Origin: Bdellovibrionales bacterium
GTDB taxonomy: Bacteria; Bdellovibrionota; Bdellovibrionia; Bdellovibrionales; UBA1609
NCBI GenBank assembly: GCA_050246815.1
Contig: JBFWVI010000033.1
Location: 1-35,721 of the forward strand
Direction of reading: 5' to 3'
DNA: 35,721 nucleotides
In this document: positions 9,348 through 18,550 of the stretch, in pieces
Layout of the letters: every line of letters begins with the position of its first letter
How positions within the stretch are numbered: the first letter of the stretch is position 1
Made by a program: the position numbers and the translations under genes
Notes under the pieces: model-generated
Database searches by the model: none
Seen by the model: the letters and a program-made list of their open reading frames with translations, nothing else
What the model was told of the DNA's origin: nothing

Positions 9348-10387
9348 ACTAATTCCACAGCCCAATTCAGATCGCGTCCGCCCTCAAAGACCGCCACTTG
9401 TTGTTCAGGGTTAAGCTGAATGAACATGGGTTCTTGATAAATGCTTTTTTTAAGTCGAATACGTTTTTTATTCACGGGTAAACCGTAAAAACGCGGACCA
9501 TTGAGGCTCGCGAACCCTTCTAGATTCTTCAGTCGATTTTGAGATTGGAAAATGTCGGCATACAAGGCCAAAGCTGTAGGGGCGGAAAATATACCTGCGC
9601 AGCCGCATGAGTTTTCTTTGGCTTTGATCGAGTGCGGGGCGGAATCTGTGCCCAGGAAAAAACACTCTTCGCCACTGGTGGCCGCCATGACAAGTGCCTG
9701 GCGGTGGGCTTCTCTTTTGGCGACGGGCAGGCAGTAGTAATGTGGGCGCAGGCCACCCTGAAACATCGCATTTCTGTTGATTAACAGATGGTGCGCGGTG
9801 ATCGTTGCGGCAACACGAGGTGCGTGGGCACGTACAAATTCAATGGCTTCGATGGTGGTGATATGTTCAACCACGACCTTCAGAGCCGGATGCCTTTTGA
9901 GTATCGGGGACAAAATTGTTTCCAAAAAAACTTTTTCGCGATCAAAAATATCGATGTTTGGATCTGCACTTTCGGCATGAACCAAAAGCGGTCGTCCCGC
10001 TTTTTCAAGAACATTTAAGACCGGCTCAATGTGGCGGACGTCGGTAACTCCAGCTGCACTGTGGGTGGTGGCGTTGGCTGGATAAAGTTTTGCGGCCACC
10101 AGAAGTCGATCTTCAAGTCCTTGCTCCAGGTCTTGCGTGTTGGTTTGATCGGTCAGATAAAAGGTCATAAGTGGAGTGAACTCGGACTGCGGTGGTAAGG
10201 CTTGCATGATGCGTGCGCGATAGGCCTCGGCCAAAGCCAATGAAGTGATGGGTGCTTTTAGGTTGGGCATCACAATGGCCCGGGCAAAGTGGCGCGCGGT
10301 CCATGGCAATACGGATTGAAGTTCCTGGCCATCACGCAGGTGCACGTGCCAATCGTCGGGGCGTGGGATTTCAATTTCATTTTGCAC
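9344..10387 (-). CDS. pyrC: Dihydroorotase (E. coli-type)
   Basis: PDDWHVHLRDG, AIVMPNL, KLYPANATT, EHITT, YCLPVAK, FLGTDSAPH, CGCAG; likely GTG start at 10387 after GAGGTG. Confidence 0.97.
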   Translation of the reverse strand: MQNEIEIPRPDDWHVHLRDGQELQSVLPWTARHFARAIVMPNLKAPITSLALAEAYRARIMQALPPQSEFTPLMTFYLTDQTNTQDLEQGLEDRLLVAAKLYPANATTHSAAGVTDVRHIEPVLNVLEKAGRPLLVHAESADPNIDIFDREKVFLETILSPILKRHPALKVVVEHITTIEAIEFVRAHAPRVAATITAHHLLINRNAMFQGGLRPHYYCLPVAKREAHRQALVMAATSGEECFFLGTDSAPHSIKAKENSCGCAGIFSAPTALALYADIFQSQNRLKNLEGFASLNGPRFYGLPVNKKRIRLKKSIYQEPMFIQLNPEQQVAVFEGGRDLNWAVELV

Positions 10388-10415
10388 TTGGCACCTCAAT
10401 GAAGAGGCCCCAATT

Positions 10416-11783
10416 TTACTGTTGATCGGGCTTTTCGGGCAAAGGTTTTGTGCGCCGTCTACGTGGTATGGGAATGCGCACGATAATCGGACGAGCTAAA
10501 ATCCCGCCTTGTGCTCTCACGCTGATGGGTCTGAGTTCGATCCAGGTGCGCAAGCGAATCAAGTGCCAGGGTAAACCTGGCAGGGCGGCCCAGGTGGCGA
10601 CGCGCAGGGCGGTGGAAGCCGTGAAGACCACGTCATAAGCGCCATAGGTTTCGCCTAAGGCGCGAAACACAAAGCCCCCCAGCAGCGATCCGATGACAAT
10701 TCCTGTGGTTTGGAGCAGGTTGAAAAATGTCAAAAGCGAGGCTCGCTCGCGCGAAGGCAAGTCATTGAAAAGAGTTAAAAACGCCACAAGCTCATAAAAC
10801 CCCCATCCAATTCCAGAGATAGTTTGAAAGAGGTAGTAAAATGATGGATCCGTAGTTTTAGTCCAAAACATGGGCACGGGAGAAATCAGAATCAAACTTA
10901 TCCAAAATACGCCTTTCAGGCCAAAGCGAGTGATCAACGGGCGGGCATAGGCCAAGGTGATAAAGCGTGCCAAAAGTGCCGTGGCCAGCAGGCTCATGTA
11001 TTGCAGATAAGAAAGTCGAAGCTCCCCGAGCATAAAGGGCGAAAATAGTCCGCTGGAAAGATTGCTGGCAGTTTGAAAAAGCAAAAGAAACATCATGAAT
11101 CGTCGAAGTTTGGACTCTGAAAAAACACGAGCCATGGTGCCCAAGTCAGCCGTTTCGTTTTTAGCGGGGTGGCCGCGGGGTGGACTTTGTTGGTTTAAGG
11201 CCATCAAAGATGTCGCCCTTGCCAGGGCTGCGAGCACAAAGATCACGGTGTAACCACTGGTCATAGAAAGCCCAAGTTCCGGATGGGTTGCGACGAAATG
11301 CAAAAGCCAGCCTGCGAATCCAAGTCCTGCAAAAGTGAGCAGGTGGCTCCAACGGCTACGCACTGAAAAAAAACTCACGCGCACCTTGGGCGGAATGATT
11401 TGTGAAAGCCACGCGTTCCAGGCTGGACCCGTTGCCAATGAGCTGGCCCAATAAATTGAAATCACGATAAAGATAGCCGTGTAGCTGACGGCGAAGCGGG
11501 TCGCAACCGCAAGCCCTAGCAATGTGATGGTCTGCACTGAAGCGGTGAACAAAACCCAGCGCCGGTATGAGCCGATCTTTTGGATGCCATAGGGGGCAAA
11601 GAGTTGCATAACCGCGCCAACAAAAAGAGGGGCTGTCGAAATGATGCTGGCGGCGAATTCACTGTGGCCACGGGCCAAAATGTAGGCCGATAAAAAACTT
11701 TCGCCCAAGCCCACCATCAAACTGTAGGCGAGGCCATCGGTCATGCTGGCGCGCAAATTTTTACGTAGGGTCGCTGCTGGCAT
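10416..11783 (-). CDS. MFS transporter
   Basis: About 12 hydrophobic helices in two halves; 455 aa; IIPPKVRVSFFS and DLPSRERA loop motifs. Confidence 0.85.
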   Translation of the reverse strand: MPAATLRKNLRASMTDGLAYSLMVGLGESFLSAYILARGHSEFAASIISTAPLFVGAVMQLFAPYGIQKIGSYRRWVLFTASVQTITLLGLAVATRFAVSYTAIFIVISIYWASSLATGPAWNAWLSQIIPPKVRVSFFSVRSRWSHLLTFAGLGFAGWLLHFVATHPELGLSMTSGYTVIFVLAALARATSLMALNQQSPPRGHPAKNETADLGTMARVFSESKLRRFMMFLLLFQTASNLSSGLFSPFMLGELRLSYLQYMSLLATALLARFITLAYARPLITRFGLKGVFWISLILISPVPMFWTKTTDPSFYYLFQTISGIGWGFYELVAFLTLFNDLPSRERASLLTFFNLLQTTGIVIGSLLGGFVFRALGETYGAYDVVFTASTALRVATWAALPGLPWHLIRLRTWIELRPISVRAQGGILARPIIVRIPIPRRRRTKPLPEKPDQQ

Positions 11784-11866
11784 AAAAGTCGGACACCGTC
11801 ACTGAAGGGTACATTGTGACAAATTGTTCGCTTTTTGCCAGGACCGGATGCGCTGTGACTAAAAGC

Positions 11867-12589
11867 TTACTTCGACGGTGTACTTTGCGGCTCGCGTGAG
11901 GATAGCAGTGGTGTTGATTGATCAACGCGAGCCGTGATCTGCGAAAGTGCACTTTCGGTGGCCACCACATGATTGGTTACGGGTTGTCCGTTTTCGTAGA
12001 GGCTCATGTAGACCTGATCTTGGTCGTGGGGAACCAAAAAGAGAGAAAACACCGGTCGCGAATCGCGTCTTCCGATAGCCACTTGGTCGGGTCCTGTTTT
12101 CTCTTTGTAGGCTAAGATGTAGCTTTTGCTTCGGTCCGTGTGCAGAATTTCGTACTTCACGACATCATAACCCATGCCGCCCATGAATTGGGGGCTTCGA
12201 TAGGCATCGCGATTAAAGCTTTTCACTCCCTTTTGCAGAATCAAAGCAATTGGATACACGTTGTTCATCGAGTAAAAAGGATTGCCTTGATTGAACTCGT
12301 CGCTTTGCACGCGTTCAATCAGCTGCTTTTCAACCGAGTTCAAGGTCAGTTTGTTGAAATCGTTGATGGAGCTCATGTCTTTTGCGGCTTCAATCAGGTC
12401 GCGGGTGGGGCTGGGCGGCGAGGCCTTTACTTGATCCTGACGGACTTGTTTTTCAATGGTGGCCAACTCTTGAATTAAGGGAGTGGGCTCTGGGCGAGGT
12501 TGCTCGCTGAATTGGCCTAAAGTGGCGGCCAAAAGAACAAAAATGCCGGCCAAACTGATCTGACTAAATTGTCTAAAGCTCTTAATCAT
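11867..12589 (-). CDS. Hypothetical exported or N-anchored protein
   Basis: 240-aa ORF with a hydrophobic N-terminus and Pro-rich linker; GGGG RBS-like sequence and sigma54 site upstream. Confidence 0.75.
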   Translation of the reverse strand: MIKSFRQFSQISLAGIFVLLAATLGQFSEQPRPEPTPLIQELATIEKQVRQDQVKASPPSPTRDLIEAAKDMSSINDFNKLTLNSVEKQLIERVQSDEFNQGNPFYSMNNVYPIALILQKGVKSFNRDAYRSPQFMGGMGYDVVKYEILHTDRSKSYILAYKEKTGPDQVAIGRRDSRPVFSLFLVPHDQDQVYMSLYENGQPVTNHVVATESALSQITARVDQSTPLLSSREPQSTPSK

Positions 12590-12646
12590 CTCATCAACCC
12601 CTTGACGATGTCCGGCAAAACCCCTTTGCAGAACACTTTTTTAGTG

Positions 12647-12662
12647 AGCAAGGGGTGTGCCT
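12647..12662 (-). promoter_or_regulatory. Putative sigma54 promoter
   Basis: Minus strand AGGCACACCCCTTGCT fits GG-N10-GC with CAC and TTGCT; 57 nt before ATG 12589. Confidence 0.7.
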
Positions 12663-13013
12663 GACCTGATACGCAAAGGAAGCTGCTTTGAGGGTGGGGC
12701 GGTGACGCAAAAGGTCCCTGAAATCATGGATTTATGAAAAAGTTTCCGAACTCAAGATGCGCGTGTAGGGTCGTGTAAATATGTTCATACAGTGGTACCC
12801 AGTTCTTAATAAATGGTTTTAAAGCAATACGCTAAGCATATGAAATTTGTAAAGTTTCCCCATTGACACAAATGACAACGCAACGCATAAATGATTGCTA
12901 TGGTTGGAACTCCCTAGGAGTCTTGCTGAGTCAACGGGAGCGACCTTTATTAGTGTTAAAAAAATTAAACGGAAGCTTAACGTAAAAACCAAAAGCCAAG
13001 AGAGGGATATCTC

Positions 13014-14000
13014 ATGAACAAGCTTTTCATCACCGGTCTGATCGCGGTTTTAGCTGTGGCGCAAGCCGAAGCTCAAACCAAAAAATCGAACAAAACAACT
13101 TCAACTGTTGCGCAAACCGAGCAAGGTGGCCAAACAGGAGTAAAAATTGAAGATGTAAAGCCAGCTGATGCTGTGCCGAAAACGGGCGAAATCGATGCTG
13201 ACGAAGTTATCACGAACCGTAAATTGCGCGCCGAAACTGGTTCGAAGAACAAGTACAGCTTTTCGGCTTATCTGAACTACAGCGGTGGTTCGATTAAAGA
13301 TCCAGGTTCGGAAGTTCGTCCGAACATCACCGGTTCGTTGGGCACTCAGACCGATGTGAAGTTGAGTGGTACATTGGGTGGGAAATATAAAATCAGCAGC
13401 CTGCAGAGCATTTCGGCTGATGTTGGTGTCGGCATCGACAAGCCTTTCCATTCCGATGATAAAAGCTTCAGTGAACGGAGCTACGCTGACAATCCGTCGA
13501 TGACTTACCAGGTTTTGGCTAAATTGGGTGGCGTACAAAGCGTGACTCAATTGGGTGCCACTTGGTACACCAGCGATTTCTTGCGTAGACTTGGTTACGC
13601 TGGCGGTGTTTCGCTAAGTCAAATCATGGTTTACGATTTTGGTGGTTCGAAGTTTTCGTTGGGTGCCAACATCGCTTTGGGTGCTAACTGGTTTGATAAA
13701 AGTTCGCCGGCTTTAGATGCTCAGCAGGGCGATTATAGTGCGGGCTTATACCCTTTCATGGAATACGTGATCAGCGATAAGCTGAATGTGCGAACCATTT
13801 CGGGTGTGTGGGTTTACGATCATGATCGTGCACACGAAGATGACATGAGCACATGGAGCAAAAACAAGATCTACCAATCGGTTGGTCTTGGTATCTCGGT
13901 TACTCGTGACTTTTACTTGTACCCGAACGTGCAGTTTATGCCTGAGAATATCAAGGATGAACGCACCAACGTGGCCATCAGCGCCAATATCAACCTGTAA
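13014..14000 (+). CDS. Outer-membrane beta-barrel protein (porin-like)
   Basis: Signal peptide (AQAEA); alternating amphipathic strands rich in aromatic residues and Gly; C-terminal strand VAISANINL; GAGGG RBS; own terminator. Confidence 0.8.
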   Translation: MNKLFITGLIAVLAVAQAEAQTKKSNKTTSTVAQTEQGGQTGVKIEDVKPADAVPKTGEIDADEVITNRKLRAETGSKNKYSFSAYLNYSGGSIKDPGSEVRPNITGSLGTQTDVKLSGTLGGKYKISSLQSISADVGVGIDKPFHSDDKSFSERSYADNPSMTYQVLAKLGGVQSVTQLGATWYTSDFLRRLGYAGGVSLSQIMVYDFGGSKFSLGANIALGANWFDKSSPALDAQQGDYSAGLYPFMEYVISDKLNVRTISGVWVYDHDRAHEDDMSTWSKNKIYQSVGLGISVTRDFYLYPNVQFMPENIKDERTNVAISANINL

Positions 14001-14057
14001 TAGCGAGTTGATTTAAAAGGCGAGGCGGTCGGATCGAAGGGTTTGGCCGCCAAAACG

Positions 14058-14090
14058 AAAAGAGCAGCTTTCAAAGCTGCTCTTTTTTTT
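14058..14090 (+). terminator. Rho-independent terminator, probably bidirectional
   Basis: AAAAGAGCAGCTT-TCA-AAGCTGCTCTTTT continuing into a T8 tract, between convergent genes. Confidence 0.9.
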
Positions 14091-14123
14091 GTGCCCAGAA
14101 GAAAAATGACGCAAAGCTAAACC

Positions 14124-14144
14124 AAAAGGTGCCAGGCACCTTTT
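14124..14144. repeat. Perfect palindrome AAAAGGTGCC-A-GGCACCTTTT (REP-like element or terminator)
   Basis: 10-bp arms with a 1-nt centre, abutting the stop of the 14144-14902 gene. Confidence 0.75.
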
Positions 14145-14902
14145 TAGACGCCGGCGGAGGCGGTTTTGACTTCGCCTAGGCGGGCTTTGATGGCGGCTAG
14201 TTCTTTATCCATGAATAGGTTGGCGTTGGAGCTTTGCTTTCGATAGATCAAGATTGTCTCGCGAGCCTTTTGTAGTCGATTGGCTTCGACCAACATCTGA
14301 ACGTAGTTGCGGATCACTGTGACCTGAAGCACGCTTTGGCGCTGATTGAGGGCGAACTTATAATAGCGCTCAGCCTGATCATATTTTTTGAGCTTGGTCA
14401 GAGCCTGGGCGTAGGTGTAAGCCGCATCCAATTCGGCGCCCTTTTGGCTGAAATACAAAGTCATCGTATCAACCGCATGACTGTAGCGTTCACGCTTGTA
14501 CTGCAGCTGCCCAAGGCGATTGAGATTGGCTAAATTGGTGGGCTGTTTGCGTGCAATTTGAACATAAGCGCGTTCGGTACATTCGTGCTTTTTGCGGTCG
14601 ATACAAATGGCGGCTATTTTTTCTAAATCTTGGATGCTTGCCGAACCCAAAACTTGCTTGGTTTTTAAAGGAATAATAGAAAAGAAATGTTGATCCCAGT
14701 TCACGGCTTGCAAAAAGGCCGCGATCAAAATTCCGCCAATCAAAACAATAGAAGCACAAGTTTTATCCATATTCTTGCGATCGTTGACATCATGACGGGC
14801 GGATTTGGTCCACCCGCATTCGCACACGACGGTGCTTCCTAAGACGCGTTCGCTGTTGATTTCTTCGCCGCAACGTGGGCAATTGCCAAAATGCATGTTC
14901 AT
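14144..14902 (-). CDS. Zinc-ribbon + single TM + tetratricopeptide-repeat protein
   Basis: Start moved to ATG 14902 after GGGGGAG; CPRC...CECG ribbon, one TM helix, TPR-like helices (NLNRLGQLQY, YTYAQAL, AERYYKFAL). Confidence 0.82.
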   Translation of the reverse strand: MNMHFGNCPRCGEEINSERVLGSTVVCECGWTKSARHDVNDRKNMDKTCASIVLIGGILIAAFLQAVNWDQHFFSIIPLKTKQVLGSASIQDLEKIAAICIDRKKHECTERAYVQIARKQPTNLANLNRLGQLQYKRERYSHAVDTMTLYFSQKGAELDAAYTYAQALTKLKKYDQAERYYKFALNQRQSVLQVTVIRNYVQMLVEANRLQKARETILIYRKQSSNANLFMDKELAAIKARLGEVKTASAGV

Positions 14903-14924
14903 GGGTTCTCCCCCTGGATAACCT

Positions 14925-14939
14925 GTCTCACAGTGAGAC
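14925..14939. promoter_or_regulatory. Palindromic operator-like site GTCTCA-CAG-TGAGAC
   Basis: Perfect 6-3-6 dyad between the sigma54 site and the RBS; a near-copy lies at 35424-35438. Confidence 0.55.
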
Positions 14940-14969
14940 GATGGATGACCTCGACCTGCCTTGAGATAA

Positions 14970-14985
14970 AGCATGGTGCATGCCA
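14970..14985 (-). promoter_or_regulatory. Putative sigma54 promoter
   Basis: Minus strand TGGCATGCACCATGCT fits GG-N10-GC. Confidence 0.65.
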
Positions 14986-15180
14986 AGGCCGCCTTAAACC
15001 AAATGGTCTAGGTCTGCTGCAATCCATCAAAAATTGAACATTGATCACAAGTTCAACGTACTGCTCGACGTCGTTGGCGAATTGTTGTGCCCGTGGTGGA
15101 TAAAATCCCAATTTTGGATGTCGCGGGTTGAAACGAGTTTAAGTTGCCTGCATTGTTAAATTGGCTTCTAATTTACGCAC

Positions 15181-17244
15181 ATGAAAGCGTCTAAAAATAA
15201 AACACGTCAGCCACACAAGGTTGTCGACAAGGTGTTATCCCTAAATGATGGCGAGGTCCAAGGGGAAAAATGGTTGCCATGGCTCTTTGGAATCATGGGC
15301 AGCGTGATTTTTTTAATGACGATGTGTCGGACAGTTCCTGGCGGTGATAGCGGAGAATTGATCAGCGTGGCCTATAACCTGGGTGTTGCTCACCCCCCGG
15401 GCTATCCGCTTTACACTCTACTGGCACACGTCGCGACCTATTTGCCCGTGGGATCTATTGCTTGGCGAGTGAACGTTTTGTCTGGGGTCTTTGCGCTGGC
15501 CAGTGGCTTGATGCTTTACAGTCTTGTGGCGCGCTGGTTAAAAGACCGCTGGTTGGGAGTCTTGGCGGCCGGGATTTTTATTTTTTCGCCACTGGCCTGG
15601 CGTTATGCCGTGATGGCTGAGGTTTTTTCGCTCAACAATTTATTTGTTGTGGCTTTGCTCTATATTAGTTTGCGTTTTTGTGAGGAACCAAGTGGCAAAT
15701 GGGCGTTCGTTTGGTCCGGCGTGCTGGGGTTGGCGTGTAGCCATCATCACACCATTATTTTTTTAGCCCTGCCCTTGTTTGCGGTTTTGCTCTGGAGGCA
15801 TTCCAAACTGCTACTCGAACCCAAGGTGTTTTTGTTGTGCATCGGCGTCTTTGCTTTGGGTTTTTTACCCTATCTTTATATTCCATGGGCGGGGCAAAAA
15901 AATCTGATGATTTCGTGGGGCCATACGGGCACATGGGACGGGTTCTGGACTCATTTTTTACGTCGTGAGTATGGAACTTTTCAATTGGCGACCGGTAGCC
16001 GCGATTTTATGAATACGTTTAGCAACCTTAAGTACTACAGCCAGGATATGTGGCTGCAGTTCTTGTGGGTGGGCGTGCCTTTAGCTCTTTATGGTGTTTG
16101 GTATTACTGGCGCCAAGAGAAGCAAAATGCTTATGCGCGCTTATTGTTATTCGCCTGGTTGTTTTACGTGTTGGTTTTTCACGCTTTGGCCAATATGGAT
16201 CTGTCAAATCGTCTATTTTATGATGTGCAATCACGTTTTTGGCTGTTGCCCAACATTATCTTGGCCATTTTTATGGTGGCGGGGTTGAAGCTGCTTTTGC
16301 GTCGTGCGCCTGCTTATGAAAAAAAAATGAAAGTGGTCCTTGTCATGTTGGCGTTGGGGCTACAAATCGGAATTCACTACGAGCGCGAAGATCATTCGCG
16401 CAACACCGTATTTTATGATTTGGGCAAGTCGTTTTTGGATGGGTTGCCCCCAAATGCTTTGGCGTTCATGAGGGGCGATGTCTATGTCAACTCGGTTCGC
16501 TATATGCAGTCGGTTGAAAAATATCGGCCCGATGTAATGTCGATCCCGTTCGATTTGCTGTGGTGGCCCTGGGCACGGGGCATGATTGAAACCAATTTTC
16601 CAAATATAAAATGGCCCGGTCGAGTGTATCGTTATAAGCGTTCAAATCTGGGTGAATTTACTTTGCGAGATTTTTTTGAGCTGAACGCCGCCAGGCAGCC
16701 CACTTACATCGGTAAGCTTGCCGATTATGAAGTCGCCAATCTGACTGAGAAGTTCAGGCTGCTGCCGGTGGGTTTTTTAAATCGAATCGTGCCTCTTGAA
16801 GCTCCATTGGATTTTAAGCAATATTTTGCGGACGTTGAAGGCTTTGCAGGTTTTAAACCACCCGGCAAAGACGAAATTCGAGAAAAATCTTGGGAAGCCT
16901 TTATTTATTATAACTACTGGGATCGTGAAATGGAGAAAGCTAAATTTCTTTTTGAGGTGGGTACGAAGGGTAGTGAAAATTTTGATGTGATCGCGTACGG
17001 AGCCAGTATTTTGGCTCGCTTGGTGCGTGAATATCCTGAGGCACCAGCCAACGCCTATCGTAATCTAGGGGTGGCCTATCAATTAATGTCGCGTCGGGAC
17101 GGGCGCTATTACCAGCCGATGATTTTGGCATGGCGAGAGTATCTTGCGCGTAACCCGCAAGATGACAATCAGATCGAAAGTATTAAGGCCGCCGTGCAAG
17201 GGGCGGCCACCTTGGGAATTTTGTCCCAAAGTCCTGGAAAATAA
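15181..17244 (+). CDS. DUF2723 / TMEM260-like GT-C membrane glycosyltransferase with a C-terminal TPR-like region
   Basis: PGGDSGEL, GVAHPPGYPLY, AEVFSLN, SHHHT, PYLYIP, HFLRREYGTFQL motifs; many TM helices; AYRNLGVAY TPR-like helix. Confidence 0.85.
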   Translation: MKASKNKTRQPHKVVDKVLSLNDGEVQGEKWLPWLFGIMGSVIFLMTMCRTVPGGDSGELISVAYNLGVAHPPGYPLYTLLAHVATYLPVGSIAWRVNVLSGVFALASGLMLYSLVARWLKDRWLGVLAAGIFIFSPLAWRYAVMAEVFSLNNLFVVALLYISLRFCEEPSGKWAFVWSGVLGLACSHHHTIIFLALPLFAVLLWRHSKLLLEPKVFLLCIGVFALGFLPYLYIPWAGQKNLMISWGHTGTWDGFWTHFLRREYGTFQLATGSRDFMNTFSNLKYYSQDMWLQFLWVGVPLALYGVWYYWRQEKQNAYARLLLFAWLFYVLVFHALANMDLSNRLFYDVQSRFWLLPNIILAIFMVAGLKLLLRRAPAYEKKMKVVLVMLALGLQIGIHYEREDHSRNTVFYDLGKSFLDGLPPNALAFMRGDVYVNSVRYMQSVEKYRPDVMSIPFDLLWWPWARGMIETNFPNIKWPGRVYRYKRSNLGEFTLRDFFELNAARQPTYIGKLADYEVANLTEKFRLLPVGFLNRIVPLEAPLDFKQYFADVEGFAGFKPPGKDEIREKSWEAFIYYNYWDREMEKAKFLFEVGTKGSENFDVIAYGASILARLVREYPEAPANAYRNLGVAYQLMSRRDGRYYQPMILAWREYLARNPQDDNQIESIKAAVQGAATLGILSQSPGK

Positions 17245-17293
17245 ATTTAAGGCAGTCCGACAAGCTGGCTTCTAGATGGATTTGTCGAAAAAA

Positions 17294-18526
17294 TTAGCTT
17301 AGATGTTGAAGCAATTGATCACGGGGAACTTTTTTCTGCTCGCCATTGTCGAGATCTTTGATAGAAACCTGGCCGGCTTTTAGTTCGTCGGCGCCAATAA
17401 TCACGGCGTAACGGGCATTCATGCCGGCAGCCTTTTTCATGCGTTTGCTCATGTTGCCGCTAAAGGTGAGTTCAGTGTGGACCCCATTTTGTCGAAGCTC
17501 TTGTGCGATTTTTAATGTTTCCTGTTCAGTCTCATCGCCCAAGGCCACCATCACCACGGGGCGAGGGCGAGGCAAAACTTCGTTTTTAAGCAATACAAGC
17601 CGTTCAAGGCCAGCGGCCCAGCCCACACCTGGAGTACTGGGGCCGCCCATGGTTTCGATCAATTGATCATAGCGGCCGCCTGACAAAATAGCGTCTTGGG
17701 CGCCCAAATCTTTGGCGCGGTACTCAAAAACCGTATGTGAGTAATAGTCCAGGCCGCGCACGAGCCGGGGATTTAAAGTGAACGAAATTTTAAGCTTGTC
17801 CAAGCCCGCTTGGACTTGGGCAAAAAAATCTGATGCGGCGGGAGTCAGTGAAGAGCTGAATTGAGGCGCGCCCAACAAGATATTTTGGTCGTTCTCGTCC
17901 TTTGAGTCCAATATGCGTAAAGGATTGCCAGTCAATCGACGTTGGCTGTCCGCGCTTAGTTTTGTGGCATGATCGTTAAGATACTCGACCAGCAGGGTGC
18001 GGTAGGCTTTGCGCGTATCTTGATCTCCCAAAGAATTCAAATGCAGCTCGGCCCGGTTTTTTAATCCCAAAACATCCAAAATCTGATCGGCCAAGGCCAA
18101 AGTTTCAAGATCGGCTAAAGGCGAAGCGACGCCGATCAGCTCCACGCCCAATTGGTGAAACTGGCGCTGACGTCCTTTTTGTGGACGTTCGTAGCGAAAC
18201 ATCGGGCCTGAATAAAAAACTTTAAAAGGAGTCTGGTGGGCCAAACCTTCAGAGATAAAAGCACGGGCGATGCCGGCAGTGCCCTCTGGTCTTAGGGTCA
18301 GCCATTCGTCGCCTTTGTCTTTGAAGCTGTACATCTCTTTGGTGACGATGTCCGAGTGATCACCCAAAGTGCGGCTAAAGACCTCGCTGAATTCAAAAAT
18401 CGGCGTGCTCATCTCACGAAAACCGTAAAGCTCAGCAATACGAAGGGCGGCATCCAGCACCATTCGGTGTTTGGCGCACTCTTCGGGTAAAAGATCATGG
18501 GTTCCGCGAACGCTCTGCAGTGACAT
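17294..18526 (-). CDS. hisS: Histidine--tRNA ligase
   Basis: RGTHD, LRPEGTA, FRYERPQKGRQRQFHQ, LVRGLDYY, GGRYD, GLERL. Confidence 0.98.
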   Translation of the reverse strand: MSLQSVRGTHDLLPEECAKHRMVLDAALRIAELYGFREMSTPIFEFSEVFSRTLGDHSDIVTKEMYSFKDKGDEWLTLRPEGTAGIARAFISEGLAHQTPFKVFYSGPMFRYERPQKGRQRQFHQLGVELIGVASPLADLETLALADQILDVLGLKNRAELHLNSLGDQDTRKAYRTLLVEYLNDHATKLSADSQRRLTGNPLRILDSKDENDQNILLGAPQFSSSLTPAASDFFAQVQAGLDKLKISFTLNPRLVRGLDYYSHTVFEYRAKDLGAQDAILSGGRYDQLIETMGGPSTPGVGWAAGLERLVLLKNEVLPRPRPVVMVALGDETEQETLKIAQELRQNGVHTELTFSGNMSKRMKKAAGMNARYAVIIGADELKAGQVSIKDLDNGEQKKVPRDQLLQHLS

Positions 18527-18550
18527 CGTTCTTAACAGATACTATATCTG

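Noticed and set aside
12612..12735. Possible c-di-GMP-I (GEMM) riboswitch suggested by GGCAAA and GACGCAAA words
   Set aside because: No GNRA-capped P2 stem or convincing P3/receptor; pairing relies on many G-U pairs. An Infernal search with RF01051 would settle it.
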